Source of the DNA: Candidatus Thalassarchaeaceae archaeon
GTDB taxonomy: Archaea; Thermoplasmatota; Poseidoniia; Poseidoniales; Thalassarchaeaceae
Length of the DNA stretch: 54,055 bases
Assembly (NCBI GenBank): GCA_030747675.1
Contig: JASLKH010000014.1
Span: 1 to 54,055 of the forward strand
Direction: 5' to 3'
The position numbers were made by a program, and so were the translations under genes. Shown here piece by piece: positions 26,753 to 35,853 of this stretch (its first letter is position 1; each line of letters starts with the position of its first letter). Under the pieces are notes generated by a model. It had not been told where the DNA came from and searched no databases. It was given only the letters and a program-made list of their open reading frames with translations.

Positions 26753-28350
26753 TCTTCCTCGTCAGCCTCTGCATCGCTGATGACATCAATCTCTGTATCA
26801 ATTCCAGCACCAGCCGCCAGAAGTTGACGGATTGTGGTTGTGCCTGGTGTAAGAGCCATGCGAGGCGCGGTGAGGCCGCTTGGTGAAGAGGTGCCGATAA
26901 TGGATCCACTGAAATGTCCTCTAATCATATTGAGCATCATGAAAATGGCACCAATGGCCACTGCATAGAAGGCAATCGAAGAAAGTGTGTTCAAATCATT
27001 TACTGCACTCATGTCAAGTAATTCCAATTCGTCATTAGCTGTAATAACTTCCGCCATTGCAGCATGTGTCATTGCAGCACTCATCGATAAGAGGAAGGCA
27101 ATTGTTGCACCACCTGCAAACATCCACATCACAGTTCGCGAAGTTTGGTTACTGTGTAGGGCACGACCTGAAGCCGCAGGGAAGCAAGTTATTGCGCCAC
27201 CCAAAGCAATCATTCCCATTGCACCCCATAGGAACAGAGATTCCAATGGTGCTTGCATGTGAGTAATATCACCTGCAGAATGAGCATCTGAGGCTGTGAA
27301 AAGGCTTCCTGCTGCACTAGCAACAAGCAAGAACATACCTAGCATTACTGATGTTGTACCTGGACTGTTACTTGCAGCGCTCCAGTTTGAGCGAGCCGTT
27401 TGGAATACATTCATTGCAGCAGCCATGAGAGGAATCAAACTGGCTGCAAAGAAAATTGTCAATACGCTTGCATCTCCACTTGAAAGGGCTCCTTCGGCTG
27501 CAGAGACTCCTATTGGACTGATTGTGACAAAAGTCAACATAACAGTAGCACCAGCCAATGCTCGACTCCAAAGAGGAACGCCCGATTCTTTAGGAACTAC
27601 ATAGTAAGCTACAGCAAGAGCGCTAGCAAGCATAGGCAATACTTCGAGGCTTTCGTGAATGGCATCATTTACACCAACAACATAGCAAACAGCGCACATT
27701 AGTAGTGGAAGAGACAAACCGAAAACTATCAACCATTGACTTGGTTGAATTTGATCGCTTGTTCGGTTACCCAGTGTGAGTAGATGATTTGCAATCACTC
27801 CCAAGATTGTCGTTACAAGGACCACGTCGCTGATTGTTCCTAAGTTATCACCAATTGAACTGTTCATATGTGCTGCTACAAATCCCATAAGGAGACCAGT
27901 TCCATACCCATATGAAGTAAGGATTGCATTAGTGTCGCTAGCCAATCCTGGTCCTGAAAGGCGACCATTGATATGTAGGCCAGCTCCAATCAGAAGCATC
28001 ATTATTCCACCTTCCGCTGCTAGAGTAGCTGCTACTGAAAGTTGAGACGCTGATGGGGAATAACCAATCCCGTCTAGACTTGCAATTGCATCTGGTTCAT
28101 GCCCTACCCACATTGAAATGAAAGTAAATGTTGCACCAATACAGGTCCAAAGCATTCCATGGAGCATCCAGGCTACTGGGCCTGAGCCGGCACGGCCTTC
28201 AAACAAATCTGCACCTGGTCCAAGGGCCTTTTCCATGAAAAAGTCAGTCATATCACGTATGAGTTCCTGGAACACGGGGACTCCGCGACTAACCAAAACC
28301 CATGATACGATAAAAACAAGCCAAAGTGTAACTAAATCTGAAATAAACAT
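26749..28350 (-). CDS. Degenerate cbb3-type heme-copper oxidase subunit I (CcoN)-like membrane protein
   Basis: About 12-13 TMs. Loop motifs YYVVPKESGVPLWS, NHLLTLGNR...QWL and FPAASGRALHS...W resemble CcoN; HH and HxH ligand motifs are absent. Confidence 0.65.
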   Translation of the reverse strand: MFISDLVTLWLVFIVSWVLVSRGVPVFQELIRDMTDFFMEKALGPGADLFEGRAGSGPVAWMLHGMLWTCIGATFTFISMWVGHEPDAIASLDGIGYSPSASQLSVAATLAAEGGIMMLLIGAGLHINGRLSGPGLASDTNAILTSYGYGTGLLMGFVAAHMNSSIGDNLGTISDVVLVTTILGVIANHLLTLGNRTSDQIQPSQWLIVFGLSLPLLMCAVCYVVGVNDAIHESLEVLPMLASALAVAYYVVPKESGVPLWSRALAGATVMLTFVTISPIGVSAAEGALSSGDASVLTIFFAASLIPLMAAAMNVFQTARSNWSAASNSPGTTSVMLGMFLLVASAAGSLFTASDAHSAGDITHMQAPLESLFLWGAMGMIALGGAITCFPAASGRALHSNQTSRTVMWMFAGGATIAFLLSMSAAMTHAAMAEVITANDELELLDMSAVNDLNTLSSIAFYAVAIGAIFMMLNMIRGHFSGSIIGTSSPSGLTAPRMALTPGTTTIRQLLAAGAGIDTEIDVISDAEADEEE

Positions 28351-28362
28351 ACATCACACCTC

Positions 28363-28635
28363 CTAATCCTCTAGGGCCTCCCCAATCACAGTAGCAACCA
28401 TCATCCCAAAGCCAACAATGATCCCAATAAGGAATATCCAAATGCCACTATTTGCAAGTCCACTGAACAAAGTAACAACGTCTCCAAAAGCAGGTAATTC
28501 TGAATTCGGAAATAGAATACTGTGTAAAATCAGGAGAGCGAAAGAGCCTACGATACTCATGACCAAGAGCACTCGCCCCATGGTTGGTTCATCATCACCA
28601 AGTGTGACATCGGGAAGGTTTGATTCATCTATCAT
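28363..28635 (-). CDS. Small 2-TM membrane protein
   Basis: Two hydrophobic helices; SD GGTGATG upstream. The next gene also has an SD (GGAGGTG). Confidence 0.75.
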   Translation of the reverse strand: MIDESNLPDVTLGDDEPTMGRVLLVMSIVGSFALLILHSILFPNSELPAFGDVVTLFSGLANSGIWIFLIGIIVGFGMMVATVIGEALED

Positions 28636-28713
28636 TTTTCATCATCACCAATATGTTGCCCTTAGGGCAACCCGGCCACCGGTAGAGCGCTCATAAGCGT
28701 TCGGCGAGAGAAT

Positions 28714-28732
28714 GGACCCCCAAAGGGGGTCC
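28714..28732. terminator. GC hairpin just 3' of the RaSEA stop (terminator or stability hairpin)
   Basis: GGACCCCC-AAA-GGGGGTCC, an 8-bp perfect stem. Confidence 0.45.
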
Positions 28733-28737
28733 GATGC

Positions 28738-29889
28738 TCAGGGAGACATTAGCGAATCAATTGGTCCTAACCGACGGTCCACCCCTGTTCCCAATGGAAT
28801 TGGTAATGATGAGTCAAGATTTATTTCTGTGGACCAAATAGATTCACATTCACAATTGAGTCCATCGAATTCTAACAATGACCCTGATACTGAATAGCGC
28901 TCAATTGCTGCTGCTACCTCTTTGTCGCATGTGCCACAGTTATGTGCACCACGAATTGAACCCGCAGCTGTGGGATGGATGATGAGTCGAGTGCTTGCAT
29001 CCTCTCCTTCTGGATGTATATCTTCATGCACATCTCGAATCATTTGAACCAATGACCAAAGCCATGGGGGCCGGTATTCTCGATGTCTGAAAAGTCGATC
29101 TACGATTGTCCGCTTCTGAATGTTCATCGGGTTCACACTGATTTCATCACTCTCTGGTGCTACTTCACGAATCCATTTTGCAGTGTGATAAAGGGCATCT
29201 CCTTCTGACATAAATGGTGGCTTGAATAGCAAATACGTCTTCGCTCTCAACCCATTTTCTCGAATTGTTTTGACTGCCTTCAACCAAGTTTTAGTTCTGA
29301 AACCCTTGTTACAATGGAACTTGAGTACTTCGTCATCAAATGCCTCTAGTCCAATAGCAACAGTACAACCAGGGTGCCTCTCAGCAACCCATGCAATTTT
29401 TTCTGGGTGGCAAAGGTGTGCTTGGGCTTCTACAATTAGGTGCTTACCCATTTCGTGAGTTTCTCTGAGAACTGTTTCCTGCCAATCAGCAGGATTTTCT
29501 TCATCTTCAAAGAAAGTTCCTGATGTGTATACCTTAACCATATCACAACCTTCAAAATCATTCAACTGATCTTTAGCATAAGCCCATTGGGCATGTAAGT
29601 TTAGGCTCGTCACATCATCACGTACATCGTTGAAATATCCACAAAATGTACAACCTGATTTCCACCACCATTGGCATCCACGGGTGCGTAAAATTACAGT
29701 CGCAGCAGTGCAGAAGGTACCATCTGGCATCCGTTCGGGTGTAGTGTAAACAGTGGCAGGTTCATCTGCATTCCATGATTCACGAATTCGGATAGATTCA
29801 ATTGCATTTTCTGGTGCTTTAATCAAGTGGTGGACCTTGACTGCCTTTCCTGGCAAAGCAAGAATACCGCCAGTTGTATCCTCACTCAT
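28738..29889 (-). CDS. Archaeosine biosynthesis radical SAM protein RaSEA
   Basis: VILRTRGC-x7-CxxCGY, VKVYTSGTF, VAIGLE, KTYLLFKPPF.SE, YRPPWLWS, RGAHNC. Confidence 0.88.
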   Translation of the reverse strand: MSEDTTGGILALPGKAVKVHHLIKAPENAIESIRIRESWNADEPATVYTTPERMPDGTFCTAATVILRTRGCQWWWKSGCTFCGYFNDVRDDVTSLNLHAQWAYAKDQLNDFEGCDMVKVYTSGTFFEDEENPADWQETVLRETHEMGKHLIVEAQAHLCHPEKIAWVAERHPGCTVAIGLEAFDDEVLKFHCNKGFRTKTWLKAVKTIRENGLRAKTYLLFKPPFMSEGDALYHTAKWIREVAPESDEISVNPMNIQKRTIVDRLFRHREYRPPWLWSLVQMIRDVHEDIHPEGEDASTRLIIHPTAAGSIRGAHNCGTCDKEVAAAIERYSVSGSLLEFDGLNCECESIWSTEINLDSSLPIPLGTGVDRRLGPIDSLMSP

Positions 29890-29943
29890 GCCCCTTCGGG
29901 GTAACTATTCTGTTTTGAATACGTCGTTTTTCAAAAACTGGTT

Positions 29944-30582
29944 TCATTGGACAGGGACATAACTGTCTCCAGCAACAACATTTCCTCGGTACGAGATGAA
30001 GATTTCAATTTCACACCCATCACTGCAAATGTCCACGTCATTCTCTGATAGCACTAGGAATTCATCCATTTCCCAAAGTGCGTCATCGTCACCATCTTGT
30101 GAGATAATGCAATCCCCCTCACCATCAACAAGTGCGCAATCGTATGTATTGTCACCAACGCTCAACTTCATCACTACGAACGCCCAGTTTAGATCTTGTT
30201 CAGCATAGTTCCAAGTCAACACCATTAATGTGTCATCTGTTGCCGCGCTAACACTAGCTGCTGCATCGTTTGCATCAAATGTGTTGGGTATTCCGCTCTC
30301 TGGCTGATCTGATGCTAGGCTGCTTGCCCAAACATACAGAACACCAGCCGGAATGATAAGTTGTGGGAACATAAATACTGTTACTGCTCCGACAAGAACA
30401 ATGTCGTCTTCACCTATCGCAGTATCATCTTCATGGTCACGGCCTTCTGTGGCTAATGTAACAATTCGTTCGGATTCAAGTTCCTCATCTTGCGGTGGTA
30501 CTATTGTGCTTGTATCTACAAACCCATTTAGCAAAATTGCTGTCAAAAATAAGACTAGAAGTGAATTTACCAATCCTCTCAT
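29944..30582 (-). CDS. Archaeal pilin-like domain protein with a non-canonical N-terminus
   Basis: Internal AGVLYVWASSLA is the end of an archaeal type IV pilin helix. It is followed by a beta-rich acidic domain with Cys pairs. Confidence 0.65.
   Translation of the reverse strand: MRGLVNSLLVLFLTAILLNGFVDTSTIVPPQDEELESERIVTLATEGRDHEDDTAIGEDDIVLVGAVTVFMFPQLIIPAGVLYVWASSLASDQPESGIPNTFDANDAAASVSAATDDTLMVLTWNYAEQDLNWAFVVMKLSVGDNTYDCALVDGEGDCIISQDGDDDALWEMDEFLVLSENDVDICSDGCEIEIFISYRGNVVAGDSYVPVQ
30236..30278. repeat. 43-bp identical direct repeat, copy 1
   Basis: TCTGTTGCCGCGCTAACACTAGCTGCTGCATCGTTTGCATCAA, identical to 30915-30957. Confidence 0.95.
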
Positions 30583-30628
30583 GGCGTGTGCAGTTCAATG
30601 AAGAACTTGAACTCACCGGCTAACGAAA

Positions 30629-31456
30629 TCATGCAACAGCAACGCTGCTGTCTCCAGCAACCGAATAACCACCAAACATGACGTAGATGTTTACTTCGCC
30701 AGCACTGTTCATAATGTCGACACCATTCTCAGAGAGAGTGATGTGCTCGTTCTGTGACCAGACACCGTCAGCGTCTTCTTCGCTGATTGTGCACTCTTCA
30801 CTTGTGTCAGTTGCGCAGTCGTAGGTGTTGTCACCAATTTCCAATTTGATACTCAGGAAAGACCAGCTGAGATCGTTCTCGGCATAGCCGAAGCTCATCT
30901 TCATTAGTGTGTCGTCTGTTGCCGCGCTAACACTAGCTGCTGCATCGTTTGCATCAATTGTGTTGCGTGTTGAATATGATGACCCTGGTGCGCCACATGG
31001 GGCCCCTGAAATCTGAGAATATGTCGCTGTTAGAGTAAATATCTCGCTTGATGTCCAATCTCCAGAACTATCTTCTGCTCCAAATACAATGCTTGTTCGC
31101 ACTACATTTGAATTAGTTAAACTTGATTCAAAATCTGCCATCAACAAAGAAATATTCGTGTGCCCTTGGGCGCTAGTAACTGGAACATCAATTGAACCAT
31201 CGAGATTTGTATCATACCCCGCATTAACTATTTGTCCATCCCAATCAGTCATTGCATGCCAGAATTCCTGTAAATACACTGCATTCGAACAATTTGTATC
31301 TGTGTAAATTAATGCATCTCCTGACATTTCAACAGATACTACTGACGCCAAATTCGAATCATCTTCGGCATCTGCAGTGCTTCCAGTGTTGAGGCAACCA
31401 GCAACTAAAATTATGCTCAATAGCAACACATAGATTGACTTTGAGGGGCTTGTCAT
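30629..31456 (-). CDS. Lipoprotein with a C-terminal pilin-like domain
   Basis: Lipobox LVAGC. The C-terminal ~110 aa are paralogous to the 29944-30582 product (DANDAAASVSAATDDTLM, YAExDLxW, GDNTYDC, LSENxVDI, VAGDS). Confidence 0.75.
   Translation of the reverse strand: MTSPSKSIYVLLLSIILVAGCLNTGSTADAEDDSNLASVVSVEMSGDALIYTDTNCSNAVYLQEFWHAMTDWDGQIVNAGYDTNLDGSIDVPVTSAQGHTNISLLMADFESSLTNSNVVRTSIVFGAEDSSGDWTSSEIFTLTATYSQISGAPCGAPGSSYSTRNTIDANDAAASVSAATDDTLMKMSFGYAENDLSWSFLSIKLEIGDNTYDCATDTSEECTISEEDADGVWSQNEHITLSENGVDIMNSAGEVNIYVMFGGYSVAGDSSVAVA
30915..30957. repeat. 43-bp identical direct repeat, copy 2
   Basis: Identical to 30236-30278; the match extends to 61/64 over 30902-30965 versus 30223-30286. 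Confidence 0.95.
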
Positions 31457-31542
31457 GGTTTAAACTAATCATTGACGGGACTTGAACTATCCGCTGTCTG
31501 GCCGGGGCATCGGTAATAGACTATCATCTGACCTCAAGGGCC

Positions 31543-33606
31543 ATGGGCGACACTGTAACAAGCAATTCAGCAGATGCGGACATTGTGGGAACAATCATTT
31601 CTGAAATGCCTGAAGATGATGAAAAGGCACTCAAGGGTTGGTATTTCTTCGACTGGGCAAACCAAGCTTATGCGCTCACTGTGATGACGGTCATTGCGCC
31701 AGCGTTGATGTCCAATTTGTATAACAAGGCCACTGGTACGCAAACCGGTGATTCATTTTATGCATTTATTCTCACAATTTCAATGGTTTTTGTTGTGCTC
31801 ACAGCACCGGCATTAGGTGTGATTGCAGATCGTATGCCTGTGAAGAAAAAATTGCTCAAATGGTATACTGTTGCGGGTGTTGGATTTACTGCATTGATGG
31901 GGGCAGCACCTTACTTTGGTTCAGATGGATACATCGTCCTTGCCGTGATGTTCACCATCGGTACAATCGGATTTACCGGTGGCAATGTTATCTATTACTC
32001 ATTCATGCCCTATCTTGGTTCAAGAGAAGAGCAGGATAAGGTGTCAACTTGGGGGTACATGTATGGATTCATGGGGGGGTCAATACTACTCATTTTACAC
32101 CTCATCATCTTGCAGGGACCCTTTGATTGGCATATTAACTTCAAACTGGCTGCCATCTTTGTGACCTCTGCACTATGGTGGTGGGGTTTTGGAGCGTTGA
32201 TGTTCAAGTGGACACCAGAGCCGGAAATCACATCAGAAATGGAGTGGGAGAGTCTCGGGAAAAGCAGTTTTACTCGATTTTTGGGGGCCGCTAAGATTGC
32301 TTATGTAGAAGTATACAAAACCGCAATGGAAATTCGAAAATTCAAGGTACTTGCATTCTTCTTGCTTGCCTATCTACTGTTCTATGATGGTGTGAATACA
32401 ATCGCCAGTATGGCCAGTGCGTTTGGAGACTCTGTATTGCGACTCGATCAAAAAATGAACATCATACTCTTGCTAACCGTCAATATTGTTGCAATTCCAA
32501 TGACATTTGTTTTCGGGAAACTGGCCGATATTAAGGGTACAAAATTTGCATTGATGTTGGCCCTCCTCATCTATTGTGGGGTTGCGGTGACCGCAGCAGG
32601 TTTTGCACCGCTCGAACTGGAAGGAGAAAATGATGCAGAACGATATGATTTCCAATTCGAATGGGATGGGGATCCTGATGGGAATAATTCTACAGATGAT
32701 GGCGTTTATGTGATGTCAACATTGTATGATATTTCTTACGAAGATTGGATAAGCAATACTTCTGAAGGGGATGCCGCCTTCCGTGATGCCTATCAAGAGC
32801 ACTTCCCTGCTCCTGATTTCAGTGTAGAAACTGCTGAAGATACTGACATGAAAACGGGTTTGCTGGTATGTTTGTTCATCTTGGCCATGTTATCCATACT
32901 TGGACTTGCTATCATGTGGTTACAAAGTAGAGACATGGGGTGGGTCGGCGTGATTGCAGCATTCCTTATTGTGACTGTTGGAATCTTTGGGGCCTCGCTT
33001 CTTGCAAAAGATAAGGATGAAGATACAAAAGAAACCAAGGCGATTTCAGAAGGGGGGGCCTTTGCACTCGTCGCTGCTTTCGATAACACAACAGATAAGG
33101 ATAGGCACGAACACCGATTTTCCATCATTTTCATCGGTGGAAATGATACAATTGCTGGTGCTTCAGAAGTTGGGGATACTCACCCATCTGTTGTAGATCG
33201 AGGTGGACCTGTTGATTGGTGGCCCACGACAATGCGTAACATGGTATGGGCACCTCTTGGAATTAGTGTGGCGATGCAATGGATTATTCTCGGATTGTTT
33301 GTCGGTTGCGCCATGGGTTCAGCCGGTGCCCAGGCACGTTCCATATTTTCACAATTAACTCCTAAATCACGGACATCAGAATTCTTCGGGTTCTTTGGAT
33401 TCCTAGGTAAATCTGCTGCAATGATTGGAACATTCCTCTATGGAATTACAAGTACTGCATTTGATAGTCGTGTTGCACTCATGACAATCACTGTGGTAAT
33501 CTTGTTGGGAACTTATCTAACCAGTCGAGTGGATCTTGAAGAAGGTATACGCGTGGCTGAGGAAGAAGATGCACGTAACCAAGGATTACTGGACGCAGAG
33601 GAGTGA
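31543..33606 (+). CDS. MFS transporter, UMF1/Atg22-like, with a large insertion
   Basis: WYFFDWANQAY, PALGVIADR, FYDGVNT, ARSIFSQLTP...EFFGFF...GKSAA. Confidence 0.88.
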   Translation: MGDTVTSNSADADIVGTIISEMPEDDEKALKGWYFFDWANQAYALTVMTVIAPALMSNLYNKATGTQTGDSFYAFILTISMVFVVLTAPALGVIADRMPVKKKLLKWYTVAGVGFTALMGAAPYFGSDGYIVLAVMFTIGTIGFTGGNVIYYSFMPYLGSREEQDKVSTWGYMYGFMGGSILLILHLIILQGPFDWHINFKLAAIFVTSALWWWGFGALMFKWTPEPEITSEMEWESLGKSSFTRFLGAAKIAYVEVYKTAMEIRKFKVLAFFLLAYLLFYDGVNTIASMASAFGDSVLRLDQKMNIILLLTVNIVAIPMTFVFGKLADIKGTKFALMLALLIYCGVAVTAAGFAPLELEGENDAERYDFQFEWDGDPDGNNSTDDGVYVMSTLYDISYEDWISNTSEGDAAFRDAYQEHFPAPDFSVETAEDTDMKTGLLVCLFILAMLSILGLAIMWLQSRDMGWVGVIAAFLIVTVGIFGASLLAKDKDEDTKETKAISEGGAFALVAAFDNTTDKDRHEHRFSIIFIGGNDTIAGASEVGDTHPSVVDRGGPVDWWPTTMRNMVWAPLGISVAMQWIILGLFVGCAMGSAGAQARSIFSQLTPKSRTSEFFGFFGFLGKSAAMIGTFLYGITSTAFDSRVALMTITVVILLGTYLTSRVDLEEGIRVAEEEDARNQGLLDAEE

Positions 33607-33610
33607 TATC

Positions 33611-34342
33611 ATGGCAAAGAAACTGCGAGGATTCAATTGGATTCAGGCAGTTCTTTCAATGCTCGTTATGCCATTAGGATTCATCCTTTGGGGGTTGGCA
33701 GCAGCGCCTGGAATCTACCTTTTTTGGGAAGTTGGTTCAGCAACATCGGATTGGGTTGAATGGCAACGAGCGATGATCCTTGGCGCAACGATGGGGATTG
33801 GAGCCCTTATGTGGTGTTTAGCAGACCTTCTGATGTTGGGTACACTTGGCATGATTATGCGACCAAGGCTGGAGGATGCAAAGGCACCTACTGAAAGTTG
33901 GTTGACCATTCGATGGGCTTTCCTGTCACTATTTCATCGACTTGCTTTACCCTCTCTAAAGTGGATGGTTCCATCATTTGTAGGAACTTTCTATTTCCGA
34001 ATGATGGGTTGTAAAGTCAGCAAAGGCGCACAAATTAATTCCCCCTTCATCAATGACTGTTTCATGGTTGAAATCGGTGAACGTACAGTGATTGGTGGTG
34101 ATGCTACAATCAACGGTCATCTTTTTGAAAAAGATGGGATTCATCTTTCAAAAGTCCGAATTGGTTCCAAAGTCGTCATTGGGACAATGGCACAAATCAA
34201 TCCTGGTTGTGTAATCGGTGATGGTGCTGTTGTTGCAAGCAAGGCTGTACTTCCAAAATTCACAGAAATTCCAGCCGGTGAAGTTTGGGGAGGAATTCCT
34301 GCGAAATGCATCCGCCGAGCTGATGGATCAAAGCCTGAATAA
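33611..34342 (+). CDS. Membrane-bound left-handed beta-helix (hexapeptide) acyltransferase-like protein
   Basis: N-terminal TMs; FRMMGCKV, VEIGERTVIG, VRIGSKVVIG, IGDGAVV, VWGGIPAK. Confidence 0.82.
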   Translation: MAKKLRGFNWIQAVLSMLVMPLGFILWGLAAAPGIYLFWEVGSATSDWVEWQRAMILGATMGIGALMWCLADLLMLGTLGMIMRPRLEDAKAPTESWLTIRWAFLSLFHRLALPSLKWMVPSFVGTFYFRMMGCKVSKGAQINSPFINDCFMVEIGERTVIGGDATINGHLFEKDGIHLSKVRIGSKVVIGTMAQINPGCVIGDGAVVASKAVLPKFTEIPAGEVWGGIPAKCIRRADGSKPE

Positions 34343-35191
34343 TCAAAGCGGCTTGAATAAACTGGTAGAACCCGCTTGAACAAATTCTCCTTTTGGATAA
34401 TCTGGATGGTTAGCATTAGCGCCTGTAACAGCAGGTTCGAATTTTATCGCAGGAACGCGTACATCAACGCGGCTACCTAAGCGAATCATTCCATATCGCT
34501 GTCCTCTACGGAGGACATCGCCTTCTCCGGTCCATGGCGCAATTGTACGGGCAAGCCGCCCGCTGATCTGGGTCACTTCTACAATTAACTCATCTTCTCT
34601 CTGAAAAAGACTCCTGACCCGCTCATTCCATGCTGATTCTTTACGATATGCAGGGAGATATGGGCCTTTACGCAGTCCTTTGCCGGTACGATGTTCCATT
34701 CGAGTTATTGTTCCCGCAATAGGAGCACGGTTCACATGAACATCAAGTGGAGACATGAATACTGCAACTCTCCAAGCATCTGAATCTGATTCTTCTCCCT
34801 CAGGTACTGCTTCCCATCGCTGTTCAGTGCTGAATTCCAATGGGTTCGAGCAAGGTTCTGGATGCCAGTCACCTGTAAGTGAATCATTCTCAGCGCCTTC
34901 CATTTCATTGGCAGTTGGTCTACGACCTGTTGCTCTTTCACGCATAACAAACATCACGTGGCCATCAGCGGGGCACACAACAATTCCCTTATCCTTCGGA
35001 ATTGGTCGATCTGGGTCCCGATAAAAATTAGCAATTATTGCAGTCATAATCAGACAAAGGATTCCGGCAACATGAGCCAAACCTCCTAAATCGGATACAA
35101 ATAATGCAATCGCTTCAATTGCAATAGCCATTGAAAGCCAAGTGACAACAGGAGCAACGCCCCCTTGGGCGAATCCGCCCATTGAAATCAC
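34343..35191 (-). CDS. psd: Phosphatidylserine/archaetidylserine decarboxylase proenzyme
   Basis: FYRDPDR, CPADG, FMSPLDVHVNRAP, NER, and the self-cleavage motif GMIRLGSRVD. Confidence 0.92.
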   Translation of the reverse strand: MISMGGFAQGGVAPVVTWLSMAIAIEAIALFVSDLGGLAHVAGILCLIMTAIIANFYRDPDRPIPKDKGIVVCPADGHVMFVMRERATGRRPTANEMEGAENDSLTGDWHPEPCSNPLEFSTEQRWEAVPEGEESDSDAWRVAVFMSPLDVHVNRAPIAGTITRMEHRTGKGLRKGPYLPAYRKESAWNERVRSLFQREDELIVEVTQISGRLARTIAPWTGEGDVLRRGQRYGMIRLGSRVDVRVPAIKFEPAVTGANANHPDYPKGEFVQAGSTSLFKPL

Positions 35192-35817
35192 TCCTCTTCG
35201 CCAGAGGATTCTGCTTCTTCTGCCGCTTCAGCAGCACGAGCTTCCATTGCTTCTTCGAGACGCTCTTGAACTGCTCGCTGCATATGTGCAGATTTGCGCT
35301 CTGCTTCAACCGCAGTTTCAATCATATCATATCGTGTCTTGATTGCACGATTCAAATCTTCGAATACTTGCATGTGCGATACATACCAATCGTCGCGTGC
35401 CTTCATTTCTGCTACAGCAAGACGCAAATCGGAATCCAGTTCTTCTGCAATTTCGAATACCTTGCCGAGTCTGTCCTTTTCACGAGTAAATCGCTCTTCC
35501 ATCTTCTCCAACTCAGGCTCTAAGTGCTCAACGCGCTTCTGTGCCTTTGTTGCAGTCATCTCAAGATCATGGATACGGTCATCCTTCTGTTTGGATAGGT
35601 GTTCCATGCTTTCTCTTTCGATTTCTTTGTCAATTACTTCTTTCTCAAGAACCTGAATTTCAGCTCTAAGACCAACAATTTCCTTCTCTTGCTGCTCGTA
35701 TGCATCATAGAGCTTTACCAATCGCTCAGTCTCATCAGCCAACCGCGCCTCCATTTGGCGCAAACGTACCTCTGGTGTGAGTGTTCCAGCGTCGCCGTCA
35801 TCTTCGGTCATAGCCAT
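35188..35817 (-). CDS. Hypothetical long coiled-coil protein
   Basis: 209 aa of E/K/R/L-rich heptads; the stop overlaps the psd start. Confidence 0.8.
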   Translation of the reverse strand: MAMTEDDGDAGTLTPEVRLRQMEARLADETERLVKLYDAYEQQEKEIVGLRAEIQVLEKEVIDKEIERESMEHLSKQKDDRIHDLEMTATKAQKRVEHLEPELEKMEERFTREKDRLGKVFEIAEELDSDLRLAVAEMKARDDWYVSHMQVFEDLNRAIKTRYDMIETAVEAERKSAHMQRAVQERLEEAMEARAAEAAEEAESSGEEE

Positions 35818-35844
35818 CCCTCACTACGGCCCACCGCCGCCCCC

Positions 35845-35853
35845 ATATTATAA
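35845..35853 (-). promoter_or_regulatory. TATA box for the coiled-coil/psd unit
   Basis: TTATAATAT on the minus strand ~28 nt before ATG 35817, compatible with a leaderless or short-leader transcript. Confidence 0.6.

Noticed and set aside
26749-28350. Functional cbb3 oxidase or nitric oxide reductase
   Set aside because: The required HH and HxH ligand motifs and partner cytochrome genes are absent.
30223-30965. The 43-bp repeat pair as att sites, IS ends or a DGR template/variable pair
   Set aside because: No integrase, transposase or reverse transcriptase is in the window. Both copies are in-frame coding, and the three flanking mismatches are too few to show adenine-specific mutagenesis.
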